This document shows, in pieces, positions 9,284 through 19,688 of a DNA stretch of 64,000 nt (its first letter is position 1; the number at the start of each line of letters is the position of its first letter). This DNA is from Myxococcota bacterium. Lineage in GTDB: Bacteria; Myxococcota_A; UBA796; UBA2385. The translations under genes were made by a program, and so were the position numbers. The stretch spans positions 543,604 to 607,603 of the forward strand of contig JBIJDH010000001.1 in the NCBI GenBank assembly GCA_044344255.1, written 5' to 3'. A model generated the notes under the pieces. The model was not told the DNA's origin. It searched no databases and saw nothing but the letters and a program-made list of their open reading frames with translations.

Positions 9284-10249
9284 ATGCGCGCCGACACCCC
9301 CGCCGACCTCCGCACCAGCGCCCACACCCTCCGCCCCTGGATGGTCGCGGTCGCGCTGCTCGCCGGATGCGCGAGGCCGCCGGAGGCCCCCGATCAGCTC
9401 GACGAGCTCTGCGCCTACATCTACGGCCACTTCCAAGACGAGGATCCGGCCGCCCTCGAGAGCGCGGTCACCCACCTCGACGTGTGGCTCAATGACCACT
9501 TCGACGAGGCCGCGGCCGGCTACGTCGTCAACGATCTCGGCGCCGCCGAGGTCGACCCCCTCGACGCTCCCGAGGTTGACCTCAGCGGCCTCGTCGGCGC
9601 CTCGGTGGTCACCGACATCGACCACAGCGTGCGCGCCGTCACCGAGGCCATCATCACGGTGAGCCCGCAAGACATCTACCAGGACACCTACTCCGCCTAC
9701 GAGCGCCAGTGGCTCTCCGATCCCGAGTGTTTCCCGCCATTCGCCTGCGAAGAGGCCAACGCCTTCACCCACAGCGAGAGCGCCTGGCCCCTCGGCCTCG
9801 TCGTGGGGGTCTACCTCTACCAGGACTATCGCTGGATCGAGACCGAGTATGGCCCCGCCATGCTGCAGAGGACCTGGCTCAGCCAGCCCGCCGACTCCAG
9901 CCTCGACTGGCTCAACATCAACGCCCAGTACTTCATGGCCGTCAACCTGCCCCAAAAAGACGGCAGCACCCATCGCCTGCAGGCGATGTGGGTGGTGGCC
10001 CAGCTCGGTGACGCGGCGGTCCCCGAGGACATGGCCTTGGATCTTGTGATCGACTCCATGCAGGGCGAAGACGCTCGGCTCGACACTTGGCTCGACCAGC
10101 AGGCCTTCCTCGACGATCTGGAGGGCCCCGGAGGCCACTACGAGGGGGGCTCCTGCAGCAGCGCCCCTGGGCCCCGTGCTTCGGCCGGCCTCTTCGCGGT
10201 GCTGGCGGGCGCCCTGGCCCTCCGCCGTCGCCGCCCGCGCGTGGATTGA
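9284..10249 (+). CDS. Lipoprotein with MYXO-CTERM-like C-terminal sorting signal
   Basis: Lipobox LLAGC; C-terminal GGSCSS + hydrophobic helix + RRRR. Confidence 0.7.
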   Translation: MRADTPADLRTSAHTLRPWMVAVALLAGCARPPEAPDQLDELCAYIYGHFQDEDPAALESAVTHLDVWLNDHFDEAAAGYVVNDLGAAEVDPLDAPEVDLSGLVGASVVTDIDHSVRAVTEAIITVSPQDIYQDTYSAYERQWLSDPECFPPFACEEANAFTHSESAWPLGLVVGVYLYQDYRWIETEYGPAMLQRTWLSQPADSSLDWLNINAQYFMAVNLPQKDGSTHRLQAMWVVAQLGDAAVPEDMALDLVIDSMQGEDARLDTWLDQQAFLDDLEGPGGHYEGGSCSSAPGPRASAGLFAVLAGALALRRRRPRVD

Positions 10250-10268
10250 GCGCGGCGGAGCGCGGCCC

Positions 10269-11135
10269 TCAGCCCTCGATCATCCGCCAAGCCCCGGGCT
10301 CGCGGAGGAGCGCCTCCATCAGAGCGCGGCTGAGCGTGTGCCCCGGCAGGTCGGTCTCGAGCTGGCCGCGGAGAGGGCAGCCGAGCAGCGCGAGGTCACC
10401 GAGCAGGTCGAGCGCCTTGTGACGGACCGGCTCGTCCGCAGCGCGGAGGCCGCCCGGGTTGAGGACGCCGTCTGATCCGTAGACGACCACGTTGTCGAGG
10501 TTGGCCCCGCGGGCGAGGCCGGCGGCGCGCAGGGCGTCGAGGTCACGGAGGAAGCCGAAGGTGCGGGCCCAGGCGATCTCCTGGGAGAAGACCTCCGGCC
10601 CGTCAAAGGCGACCCGGATGCGCTGGGTGCCGATGGCGACATGATCGTAGTCCACCCGGAGGTCGAGGCAGAGACAGGGGGCGGGGCTCAGCCGGGCCCA
10701 GCGCCCCCCGAGCCGCACCTCGACCGGGGCCTCCACCACCATCACCTGGCGGGGGACCGCTGAGTCGACAGCGCCGGCCTCCCCGAGGAGCTCGACCCAG
10801 GGGCCGGCGCTCCCATCGAGGGCCGGGATCTCACCGCCCTCCACCGCGATCTCCACGTCATCCAGCCCCTGCCCGACGAGCGCGGCGAGCAGATGCTCGA
10901 CGGTCCGCACCCGCTGCGACGCGCCGCCAGGGCCCGGGCTGGCGAGGGTGGTGGCGAACTGGGTGTCCTCAACCGCCTCCAGCCGCGCCGCGAGCCCACC
11001 ACCGCTGGAGAAGGTGAAGCGGCGCCCGGAGCCCGGCGCTGATGGGCGGAGCTCCACGCGCGTCGGGGCTCCGCTGTGTAAGCCGACGCCCGCCACGCTC
11101 ACCGCGCGGGCCAGGGTGCGACGCCGTGGGCTCAA
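10269..11135 (-). CDS. lpxC: UDP-3-O-acyl-N-acetylglucosamine deacetylase
   Basis: GVGLHSG, TVEHLLAA, ARTFGF and RHKALDLLGDL motifs. Confidence 0.95.
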   Translation of the reverse strand: MSPRRRTLARAVSVAGVGLHSGAPTRVELRPSAPGSGRRFTFSSGGGLAARLEAVEDTQFATTLASPGPGGASQRVRTVEHLLAALVGQGLDDVEIAVEGGEIPALDGSAGPWVELLGEAGAVDSAVPRQVMVVEAPVEVRLGGRWARLSPAPCLCLDLRVDYDHVAIGTQRIRVAFDGPEVFSQEIAWARTFGFLRDLDALRAAGLARGANLDNVVVYGSDGVLNPGGLRAADEPVRHKALDLLGDLALLGCPLRGQLETDLPGHTLSRALMEALLREPGAWRMIEG

Positions 11136-11141
11136 GCGGGC

Positions 11142-11591
11142 CTACGGGTGGGCCGGAAGGCCGCGCAACACTTGACCCTCCGCCACATGGTGCGCGGCGA
11201 ACCAGCCCTGGCTCATCTCGAGGCAGTACATCGCCGGCTTGCCCGAGGGCACCGGGCTCAGGTTCAGCGGGGTCATGTCGCTGATGCGGACGATGGTGCC
11301 AGCGGCGTCGATGTAGGCGATCGACAGCGGCAGGACCGTGTTCTTCATCCAGAAGCTGCGGGGAGCGGAGTCTGGGTAGACGAAGAGCATGCCCTGGTCG
11401 GCGGGGAGCTTCGTCCGAAACATCAAGCCCGCCTCTCGCTCTTCGGGGCTGTCGGCGACCTCGGCCACCACCGCCTTCGCCCCCACCTGGAGGGTCACAG
11501 TGGGCAGCGTCGGCTGGGCTTCGCTGATCTCACCCAAGCCCGGGGAGGCCTCGGCGCACGCGAGCTGGCTCAGGAGCAGGGTGGTCCACAT
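11142..11591 (-). CDS. DUF192 family protein
   Basis: GLMFR, GMLFVY and FWMKNT-LPLSIAYID motifs. Confidence 0.9.
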   Translation of the reverse strand: MWTTLLLSQLACAEASPGLGEISEAQPTLPTVTLQVGAKAVVAEVADSPEEREAGLMFRTKLPADQGMLFVYPDSAPRSFWMKNTVLPLSIAYIDAAGTIVRISDMTPLNLSPVPSGKPAMYCLEMSQGWFAAHHVAEGQVLRGLPAHP

Positions 11592-12607
11592 CAGAACAGC
11601 TTCTCCTGGGCGGCGGCAGACGTCGCGTCGGGCAGGCCGAGGTGACGAACCCCTCGGGCCGTGATCACCCTCCCCTGCCGCGTGCGCTTCAAGAAGCCGC
11701 GCTGGATCAGGAAGGGCTCGAAGACGTCCTCGATCACGTCGCGCTCCTCTCCGATGGCGGTGGCGAGGTTGTCCACGCCCACCGGGCCCCCATCGAACTT
11801 GAGGGCGATGGTCTCGAGCACCCGACGGTCCATCCCGTCGAGGCCCTCGGTGTCGATGCCGAGGCGATCGAGGGTGAGCTTCACCACGGCCTCGTCGATC
11901 TCGAGCGAGCCCTGCACCTGGGCGAAGTCGCGCGCCCGCCGGAGGAGCCGGTTCGCCACCCGCGGCGTGCCCCGCGAGCGCCGCGCCAGCTCATCACAGG
12001 CTGGCCCCGTGATGGGGAAGCCGAGCCGGACCGCGCTCCGGCTGAGGATGAGCGCGAGCTCGGCCGGCTGGTAGAAGTCCAGGTTGAACTGGATCTGGAA
12101 GCGGTCGCGGAGGGGCCGCGTCAGGAGCCCGGCCCGCGTCGTGGCCCCGATCAGCGTAAAACGAGGCAGGGGCATGCTCACCGACTGGGCCCCCGGGCCC
12201 TGGCCGAGCATGATGTCGATGCGGAAGTCCTCCACCGCGGCGTAGAGCACCTCCTCCACCGTGCGGTTGAGGCGGTGGATCTCGTCGATGAACAGCACCT
12301 CTCGCGGCTGGAGGCTGTTGAGCACGGCGGCGAGATCACCGGCCCGCTCGACGACCGGGCCCGAGGTCGGGCGGATCTCCACCCCCAGCTCCTCCGCCAC
12401 GATGTGGGCGAGCGAGGTCTTGCCGAGCCCGGGCGGCCCGGCGAGCAGCACGTGGTCGAGCGCCTCCCCGCGCGCCTTCGCTGCGCGGATGTAGACCCGC
12501 AGGTTGTCGACCACCGCCTTCTGACCCACATACTCATCGAGGTTCCGCGGCCGAAGCGCCGGATCATCGCGGGCGGGGGTCTCGGTGGGATCAACGGGGC
12601 GGCTCAC
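11591..12607 (-). CDS. ruvB: Holliday junction branch migration ATPase RuvB
   Basis: [35 protein letters not shown]. Confidence 0.97.
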   Translation of the reverse strand: MSRPVDPTETPARDDPALRPRNLDEYVGQKAVVDNLRVYIRAAKARGEALDHVLLAGPPGLGKTSLAHIVAEELGVEIRPTSGPVVERAGDLAAVLNSLQPREVLFIDEIHRLNRTVEEVLYAAVEDFRIDIMLGQGPGAQSVSMPLPRFTLIGATTRAGLLTRPLRDRFQIQFNLDFYQPAELALILSRSAVRLGFPITGPACDELARRSRGTPRVANRLLRRARDFAQVQGSLEIDEAVVKLTLDRLGIDTEGLDGMDRRVLETIALKFDGGPVGVDNLATAIGEERDVIEDVFEPFLIQRGFLKRTRQGRVITARGVRHLGLPDATSAAAQEKLF

Positions 12608-13182
12608 TGGGGCCTCAGGACGCGCAGCGCAGCGCTGAAGCGCTCGGCGAAGGTCGCCTCACCCGCCGCGGGGACCTCCGCCAGGGCACGATCGATCTCC
12701 GACTTCCGAAACTCCATCCGGGCCAGGGCCAGCGGCAGGGCGTCGGCCTCAGCGGCGGTGGAGGCCGCGGGCACGAAGCGCTCCGGCAGCTTGGCCTTGA
12801 GCTCGAGGCAGAGCCGCTGGGCGATCTTGGCCCCCACGCCGGGGATGCGGCTGAGCGACCGCACGTCGTCCTTGTGGATGGCCACCGAGAGCGGGCCGAG
12901 CTCGAGGTTGGAGAGGATGGCCAACGCGAGCTTCGGGCCGATGCCGTTCACCTCGCGGAGGAGGTCGAAGGCGTCGCGCTCATCGGTGGTGCGAAAGCCG
13001 TAGAGCGCGATGTCATCTTCGCGGACGAGCGTGGAGACGTGGAGCGTCAGCTCTTGATCTCCCGGCAGCGGCGCCGCGAGCAGCGAGGCCGGCACCCCCA
13101 CCCGGTAGCCAACCCCGTGCACATCGAGCACGAGGGCCCCCGCGAGCTGTGCCGCCACCCGCCCGCGCAGCATCGCGATCAT
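12604..13182 (-). CDS. ruvA: Holliday junction DNA-binding protein RuvA
   Basis: GVGY, VRED-LYGF, HhH motifs GIGPK and PGVGAK. Confidence 0.95.
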   Translation of the reverse strand: MIAMLRGRVAAQLAGALVLDVHGVGYRVGVPASLLAAPLPGDQELTLHVSTLVREDDIALYGFRTTDERDAFDLLREVNGIGPKLALAILSNLELGPLSVAIHKDDVRSLSRIPGVGAKIAQRLCLELKAKLPERFVPAASTAAEADALPLALARMEFRKSEIDRALAEVPAAGEATFAERFSAALRVLRPQ

Positions 13183-13685
13183 GCCGACAGCCCTCTCAGC
13201 TCAGCCACCTTCTGGGCGAGCACCGCGTGCCCGAGGTGGGTGATGGCGATGGCGACGGCGTCCGCGGCGTCCGAGGGGAGGTCTTCGGTGAGGCCGAGCA
13301 GACGACCGACGACGCGCACCATCTCGGGCTTGCCGGCGCGCCCATGACCGGCCACCGTCTTCTTCACGGTCATCGCGTTGTACTCACTCACGCCCACGCC
13401 GGTCTGGGCGGCGACGAGCAGGGCCACTCCGCGAGCCTGACCGAGCCGCAGCGCGCTCTCGGCGCTCCGGTATTGAAAGATCGCCTCGATGGCCACAGCG
13501 TCGGGCCGATGACGGGTGATGACCGCGCCGAGGCCCTCATAGATGCGCAGGAGACGCTCTGGGATGGGGTCTTCGCTGCGGGTGCGCACTACGCCGGCCT
13601 CGACGAGCACGTGGCGACCCTTCTCGCGGCGCACGAGGCCCCAGCCGGTGGCGGTGCTGCCGGGATCAATGCCGAGGACGAGCAT
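13179..13685 (-). CDS. ruvC: Crossover junction endodeoxyribonuclease RuvC
   Basis: LGIDPG, LGQARG, DAADAVAIA; start at ATG 13685. Confidence 0.95.
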   Translation of the reverse strand: MLVLGIDPGSTATGWGLVRREKGRHVLVEAGVVRTRSEDPIPERLLRIYEGLGAVITRHRPDAVAIEAIFQYRSAESALRLGQARGVALLVAAQTGVGVSEYNAMTVKKTVAGHGRAGKPEMVRVVGRLLGLTEDLPSDAADAVAIAITHLGHAVLAQKVAELRGLSA

Positions 13686-13809
13686 GGGCGACCAGGACCC
13701 GGGGCGACGAGGAGCGGTGAACGGAGCGAGGGGGGTGAACGAGCGTCCAGTATAGCGCGGGCCCCGCGGGCGGGCACCGCGGCCCGGGCGCCGGAGCGCG
13801 CGCCGACGC

Positions 13810-14730
13810 TCAAGGGAGGGCCGGGACGTCGAGGACCCCGCCCCCATCGTAGAAGATGCGGCGGCGGTGCTCACCGTCCGGCACCGTGGCGCCGTCCCAG
13901 ACGACGCAGTCCCGCAGGGAGGCCCCAGAGGGCACCACCGCGCCCGCCCCCACCACGCTCCGCGAGAGATCTCCCTCCACGCGCGCGCCCTCGCCGATGA
14001 AGCTCCCACCGGGGCCCCGCTCCCCGCGGGTCCAGGGGTCGATCGGGGGTCGGAGCCGGCCATCGAGCACGTCGAGGTTGGCCCGCAGGTAGGTGTCGGG
14101 GGCGCCGATGTCGACCCACTGCCCGGCGTGGAGCAGGGCGCCCACCTTCCCGGCGAGGATGCGCTCCCGCCAGGCGGTTCGGACGTCGCCGTCGGTGATC
14201 TGGCCGATCAGGCCTCGGGACATCGCGTGGATCCCGGTGAAGTGTGTGCCCGGGACCCCGCCGGGGAGCTGCACCCAGTGGGTCATGCGCACGACCTTGC
14301 CGCTCCCATCCGCCTCAACGGGGCCGATGGCGGTGGCGTCCGGGGAGGCCCGCAGGGCCATCGCGGCGCCGTCCGCAGGGCAGCGCGCGAACAAGGCCGT
14401 GAGGTCGACGTCGGAGAGCACGTCGCCGTTGACCACGACGAAGCGCTCGGCGAGGCGACCCTCGCCGGCCTGGAGCGCCCCGCCGGTGCCGAGCACGTCG
14501 GGCAGCTCCACCTGCAGCTCGACACGCTGCTCGACGGCCCAGGCGGCGACCTGCTCCCAGAGGTGGTGCGCGTTGACCAGCACCCGCTCGTGGCCGTGGG
14601 CACGCAGGTGCGCGAGGGCGTGATCGAGCAGGCTCGCGCCGCAGAGGGGGAGCAGCGGCTTCGGGCGAAACAGGGTGAGCGGCCGGAGGCGGGTGCCGAG
14701 CCCCGCGGCCAGCAGGAAGGCAGTGTTCAT
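13810..14730 (-). CDS. NDP-sugar nucleotidyltransferase family protein
   Basis: LAAGLGTRLRPLT-PKPL, GTGG and NGD motifs; short C-terminal left-handed beta-helix-like repeats. Confidence 0.85.
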   Translation of the reverse strand: MNTAFLLAAGLGTRLRPLTLFRPKPLLPLCGASLLDHALAHLRAHGHERVLVNAHHLWEQVAAWAVEQRVELQVELPDVLGTGGALQAGEGRLAERFVVVNGDVLSDVDLTALFARCPADGAAMALRASPDATAIGPVEADGSGKVVRMTHWVQLPGGVPGTHFTGIHAMSRGLIGQITDGDVRTAWRERILAGKVGALLHAGQWVDIGAPDTYLRANLDVLDGRLRPPIDPWTRGERGPGGSFIGEGARVEGDLSRSVVGAGAVVPSGASLRDCVVWDGATVPDGEHRRRIFYDGGGVLDVPALP

Positions 14731-14739
14731 CCGCTCCAG

Positions 14740-16551
14740 CTACTCCGAAACGCGCACGGCGGGTGGGGCTGTCGTACCGCCGACGAGGGGGCCCGCGCCG
14801 GGGTTGGGGCCGACCCCAAAGACCACCCGCGTCGGCGGCGGCGCGCCTCGCCCGTTTGCCGGGACCGGGCCGCTCGGCGGAGCGGCCACCGTGGGCGGAG
14901 CGGCCGAAGCCGGAGCCGAAGCGGTCGGCGCCGACACGGTCGAGGCGCTCGCCGCCCCCCCAGGGCGAGGCCTCGCCTGGATCTGACCGAGGGAGGCCTC
15001 CTCGATCACCTCCGCGTTCCGTTGTTTGCAGGAGGCGCAGCTGGTCTGGAGCTCGAGCGCGCGGAGGAGCTTGAGGTCGCCGTTCTCGGCGCTCACCGGC
15101 CTCGGCGCGGTGCGGAGCCGCTGCCGGACATCCTGGAAGCGCCCTCGGTCAATCTCAGCCTCTACCCGACTGATCTCCGCGTCGAGCACCCGACGCACCT
15201 TGTTGCTGTCGAGGTCAAGGAGGTCTACCGCCGTCCGCTGGCCCTGGAGGAGCACCAGCACGGCCTCCTTCCGCTCGGCCCGGCGCGCTGGCTCGGTCTC
15301 CAGGTTCGCCATCTGCTCTTCACGAACGAGGGTCACATAGGGCCGGTACAGCCCCCGGCCGAGGCTGTCGGCGCTCTCCAAGATGCAGGCCCGGAGGCTG
15401 TCCTGGAGGGCGCCGTAGGACGGGCCCAGGCCATCTTCGAGCCGGTAGAGCGGGCTCTTCGGCGCGACCCCCGTGTGCTCCCGGAACAGGAGGCCATAGA
15501 GTCGGTAGAACTGTTCATGCGCGACCGCGTCCTGCACCTCCACGTAATTACGCGCCGTCGAGAGCAGCTCCCGCTCGAGGCTGAGCTGGGAGGCGGTCAG
15601 GCGTGGCGCATCCTCGGCGATGCCGGCGGCGAAGGCCTCGACCTGGTGCGCGTCGAGCTCACAGGTGCCCACGGGGAGGTTCGACCAGATCGTCGAGCGG
15701 GTCGGGATCCGATACGAGAGGCGTGGCTGCAGGATCACATAGGCGTAACCCTCGAAGGGCCGCTTGTTGCGAGTGCAGAGCGTCTTCGGATCTCCGGCGC
15801 AGAGCGTCAGGTCCTCATCGATGAGCATGTTCAGTCGGTCTTCGGGGGTCTCTCCGCGCGCCCGCCTCGAGGTGGGCAGGAAGAAGACCGCGCGCGGGGA
15901 GAGCGAGAGGTCTGTGGCCGAATACTTGGTGCCGGCGAAGCGGAGCACCCGCTCGCTGCGCGTGCCCTCCCGCCGGCTGTAGTGTACCTCGAGCGCGACG
16001 GCCTCCGACGACAGTTCGTTGAGCACCTTGGGCGTGGGACTGCCGCCCAGGGCCCCCGCGACCGCGCTCGAGAGGGCGCGGGCGGCTGAACCAAACGGAT
16101 CCACCTCATCCCGCTCGATCGCCGCGCCGCGCAGCGTGACGGTGAAGCCCTGGTCGGTCACGCCAGGGATCGACACCAACGGCAGCAGGTTCGTGCCCTG
16201 CGGCGTCAGCTCGACCCCCTCGTAGAGATCCCAGGCCGTCAGCGTGTCCCGCAGCGGGAGCCCCACGGCGGGGAGCGCTACCTCGAGATCGAGCGTCACG
16301 AGGCCGAAGCGGCGATCGATCTGATCGATCCTGCGCCTGAAGCCCTCCGCGTGGACGTAGGCCTCGATCCGGAGGTAGGGCGAGACGGAGTTGTCCGCCA
16401 TCCAGCCGCCGGGCGGCTCCGAGTCAGCCCGCAGCTCTGGAGATGTTCCTCGGAGGTTCATCTCATACAAGCTGTAAAAATTGGTAGCCCAGGCGCTCCG
16501 CCCACCGAGGAGGGTCGCGAGCGAGAAGATCCACAAAATAGAGGGTCGCAT
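14740..16551 (-). CDS. Hypothetical secreted protein with Pro/Ala/Gly-rich tail
   Basis: Signal peptide-like N-terminus; 603-aa ORF filling the gap between recognised genes. Confidence 0.6.
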   Translation of the reverse strand: MRPSILWIFSLATLLGGRSAWATNFYSLYEMNLRGTSPELRADSEPPGGWMADNSVSPYLRIEAYVHAEGFRRRIDQIDRRFGLVTLDLEVALPAVGLPLRDTLTAWDLYEGVELTPQGTNLLPLVSIPGVTDQGFTVTLRGAAIERDEVDPFGSAARALSSAVAGALGGSPTPKVLNELSSEAVALEVHYSRREGTRSERVLRFAGTKYSATDLSLSPRAVFFLPTSRRARGETPEDRLNMLIDEDLTLCAGDPKTLCTRNKRPFEGYAYVILQPRLSYRIPTRSTIWSNLPVGTCELDAHQVEAFAAGIAEDAPRLTASQLSLERELLSTARNYVEVQDAVAHEQFYRLYGLLFREHTGVAPKSPLYRLEDGLGPSYGALQDSLRACILESADSLGRGLYRPYVTLVREEQMANLETEPARRAERKEAVLVLLQGQRTAVDLLDLDSNKVRRVLDAEISRVEAEIDRGRFQDVRQRLRTAPRPVSAENGDLKLLRALELQTSCASCKQRNAEVIEEASLGQIQARPRPGGAASASTVSAPTASAPASAAPPTVAAPPSGPVPANGRGAPPPTRVVFGVGPNPGAGPLVGGTTAPPAVRVSE

Positions 16552-16688
16552 CTTCCGAAGGCTATCACGGCGACGGCGGCCGACGGTCGCGGGTGGGAGA
16601 GCGCGCCGCTCCAGCTCCAGCTCCCGCTCCGTGTCTCCCGGGGCGGACCGCGGGCGCCCGGCCGGCTACGGGAGCGAGAGGCCGCGCC

Positions 16689-18473
16689 ATGCCCACGATC
16701 CCCGCCCTGTTCCTCCAGCGCTGTGACCGCTCGCCCGACACGGTCGCCTTCTTCATCCCCGAGGCGAAGGACCTCTTCCACCAGGGACAGCCCGTCCCCG
16801 AGCACCCCCGCTGGCGGGGCATCACGCTCGGGGCCGCGCGGGCCGAGGTCAGCGGGCTCGCCCGTCGGCTGTATGCCCTCGGGGTCGATCGGGGCGTCCC
16901 CGTCGCGATCCTCGCCGAGACGAGCCACCTCTGGGCGGCGGCCGATCAGGCGATCCTGGCCCTCGGCGGGATCACCGTAGGCATCTACCCGAACCTCCTC
17001 CCCGAGCAGGCCGCCTACATCCTCCGCCACAGCGAGGCCCGCGTGCTGCTGATCGAGGACGCGGCCCGCTACACGGCGCTGCAGCCCCACCTCGACGACC
17101 TGCCCGACCTCGTCCACGTCTTCAGCCAGCAGGACACCGGCGGCCTCATCCCCCAGATGACCCCCGCCGAGCCCGACGAGCCCTTCCTCCGCAAGCGCGT
17201 GGCGATGGTGGAGCTCGACGACGTCTGCACCTACGTCTACACCTCCGGCACCACCGGGGACCCCAAGGGCGCGATCCTCACGCACCGCAACTTCGACAGC
17301 ATCATCACCGCCTCGCGCACCGCGATCCCGCTCCAGAAGGGGGACCGCTCCATCCTCTTCCTTCCGCTCGCCCACTCCCTCCAGCGTTTCGCGCTCTACC
17401 GGGGCCTCACCGAGGACGTCACCGGCTACTACGCCACGATCGAGGATCTCCCAGAGGTCCTCCGGGTCGCCCGGCCCCAGGTGCTGGCGACGGTCCCCCG
17501 GATGCTGGAGAAGATCAAGGCCACGGCTGAGGCCAAGGCGGCCGAGAAGAGCCCGAAGGCGGCCGAGATCCTGGCCTGGGCCATCCAGGTTGGTAAGGCC
17601 GTCAACCACCACACCCGCAAGGGCGAGCGCGTCCCCCTAACGCTCCGAACACAGCACAAGCTGGCGGAGAAGCTGGTCTACCACAAGGTCAAGGAGCGCT
17701 TCGGCGGCGAGATCCGCACGCTCGTGAGCGGCGGGGCCGCCCTCTCCGTCGAGGTGGCCGAGTGGTTCGAGGCGCTCGGCATCCAGGTGCGCGAGGGCTG
17801 GGGCCTCACCGAGACGAGCGCGCCCGCCACCGCCAACCGCGTCGACCGCTTCAAGATCGGCACCGTCGGCCTCCCCCTCCCCGGCGTGGTGGTCAAGCTC
17901 GACACCGACGGCGAGCTGCTGATCAAGGGCCCCGGCAACTTCCAGGGCTACCTGAAGGACCCCGAGGCGACCGCCGCCGCCTTCACCCCCGACGGCTTCT
18001 TCCGCAGCGGAGACCTCGGGAGCATCGACAGCGACGGCTTCGTCCGCATCCTGGACCGCAAGAAGGAGCTCATCGTCACCGCAGGCGGCAAGAACATCGC
18101 CGCGGTGCCGATCGAGAAGCTGCTCGAGGGCGGGCTCATCGGGCAGGCGGTCATCGTCGGCTCCGAGCGGCCTTACCTCGTGGCCCTGCTCGCGCTCGAG
18201 CCCGACGCCGCTGCCGCCTTCGCCCGCCAGCGCGGCCTGCCCACCGAGCCCCAAGCGCTCGCCGCCCGCCCCGAGCTGCGCGCCGCCGTCGAGGCCATCG
18301 TGGCCGCCGCCAACAGCAAGCTGCCCCGCTTCGAGAGCGTGAAGCGCTGGGCCCTGCTGCCGGGCCCCCTCACCGTCGAGACGGGAGAGATCACGCCCAC
18401 GCTCAAGCTCAAGCGCCGGGTGATCGCCGAGCGACACGCCGCCCTCATCCAGGGGCTCTACGACGGGGCCTGA
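16689..18473 (+). CDS. Long-chain fatty acid-CoA ligase (AMP-binding)
   Basis: YTSGTTGDPKG, EGWGLTET, SGDLG, DRKKELI and TPTLKLKR motifs. Confidence 0.9.
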   Translation: MPTIPALFLQRCDRSPDTVAFFIPEAKDLFHQGQPVPEHPRWRGITLGAARAEVSGLARRLYALGVDRGVPVAILAETSHLWAAADQAILALGGITVGIYPNLLPEQAAYILRHSEARVLLIEDAARYTALQPHLDDLPDLVHVFSQQDTGGLIPQMTPAEPDEPFLRKRVAMVELDDVCTYVYTSGTTGDPKGAILTHRNFDSIITASRTAIPLQKGDRSILFLPLAHSLQRFALYRGLTEDVTGYYATIEDLPEVLRVARPQVLATVPRMLEKIKATAEAKAAEKSPKAAEILAWAIQVGKAVNHHTRKGERVPLTLRTQHKLAEKLVYHKVKERFGGEIRTLVSGGAALSVEVAEWFEALGIQVREGWGLTETSAPATANRVDRFKIGTVGLPLPGVVVKLDTDGELLIKGPGNFQGYLKDPEATAAAFTPDGFFRSGDLGSIDSDGFVRILDRKKELIVTAGGKNIAAVPIEKLLEGGLIGQAVIVGSERPYLVALLALEPDAAAAFARQRGLPTEPQALAARPELRAAVEAIVAAANSKLPRFESVKRWALLPGPLTVETGEITPTLKLKRRVIAERHAALIQGLYDGA

Positions 18474-18510
18474 TCGGGGCGCGCCGCTCCGTCCTTGGGC
18501 AGCGGGGCGC

Positions 18511-19617
18511 TCAGCCCTTCGGTGTCGGGTCGATGTCGATGACCCCGTCCTCATCCGCCTCATAGTGGGGGGCATCGTCGCGGGGGGCATCGTCGCGGGG
18601 GGCATCATCGGGTTTCGGCCCCGGGGGCCCCTTCTTGCCCACCTTACCTTTGACCCAGCCCCAGGCCTCGGAGCCCTTCTTGTTCACGCCCTCACCGGCC
18701 GACTTCACCCAGTCCGACAGGTCATCGGTGGAGGCCTTCACCCCCTCGGCGTAGCTGTGGACAGAGTCCTTCCAGGAATCGAAGGCCCCCTCCTGGGGGT
18801 CCTCCGACCGCTTGGGGTACTCCCCGCCGAGGATGCGCCCATAGTCGCCCCCTCCGACCCAGCGGTCGAGCTCCCGGAGGCGGAGCACGGGGAAGGGGTG
18901 GCTGCGGCCAAGCAGCGCGAGCGTCTTGAGCACGCTGTCGACCACGCCGCCCTCCTCTTCGTACCGCCGGGCCTGCTCGGAGAAGGCCCCGATGTCGGCG
19001 TCGGGGACGCCGCCCGCCATGCGGAGGAGGGCCGAGCGCACGAGGTCCTGGTCTTGGCAGGCGAGCAGGCTGGCACGATCCGCCGAGAGCTCGCTCTTGC
19101 GGTCCCACTCGAGCAGGGCGGCGACGAGGGCGAACATCGCGAGGCCGGTGATGGGCATCGCCATCGCGAAGGTGCCCATCCGCAAGAGCAGCTTGAGCAT
19201 CGTCTTGTAGAGCACGTGCCCGCTCATGATGTGGCCGACCTCGTGGCCGAGCACGCTCCGGAGCTGGGCGTCGCTCAGCGCCAGCACCGTCCCCGAGTTG
19301 AGCACGATGAAGGGGTCGTCCATGCCGACGGCGCCTGCGTTGATCACTGGGTTCTGGGCCACGAAGAGGTCAAAACGACGGGGAGCGTCAAGGGTGTCGA
19401 GCACGCTCTCGTAGGCGCGGTGCACCCGCGGGAGCTGCGTCGGCCCGATCTCGACGGCGCTGCCGAGGGTGATGACCCGCAGCGGGCGCTCGCTCACGAG
19501 GCCGAAGACCTTGCGGATGACAAGGTCAAAGCCGGGCACCTTGCGCAGCGCCTGCAGGGCGGCGCGGTCAGCGGGGTGCTCCCAGGCGCGGGAGGAGATG
19601 TCGGGGAAGCGGACCAT
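18511..19617 (-). CDS. M48 family zinc metallopeptidase
   Basis: HEVGH, ELSADR and SHP motifs; GGAGG RBS before ATG 19617. Confidence 0.85.
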   Translation of the reverse strand: MVRFPDISSRAWEHPADRAALQALRKVPGFDLVIRKVFGLVSERPLRVITLGSAVEIGPTQLPRVHRAYESVLDTLDAPRRFDLFVAQNPVINAGAVGMDDPFIVLNSGTVLALSDAQLRSVLGHEVGHIMSGHVLYKTMLKLLLRMGTFAMAMPITGLAMFALVAALLEWDRKSELSADRASLLACQDQDLVRSALLRMAGGVPDADIGAFSEQARRYEEEGGVVDSVLKTLALLGRSHPFPVLRLRELDRWVGGGDYGRILGGEYPKRSEDPQEGAFDSWKDSVHSYAEGVKASTDDLSDWVKSAGEGVNKKGSEAWGWVKGKVGKKGPPGPKPDDAPRDDAPRDDAPHYEADEDGVIDIDPTPKG

Positions 19618-19688
19618 GGAGACCTCCGTTCGTCCCCCTACGCACGAGCCGGGCGGGAGCTTGCAGCGAGCACCCCCGATCCCGGGGA

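Noticed and set aside
18566..18610. 15-bp tandem repeat encoding DDAP(R/H) three times
   Set aside because: In-frame low-complexity tail of the M48 peptidase.
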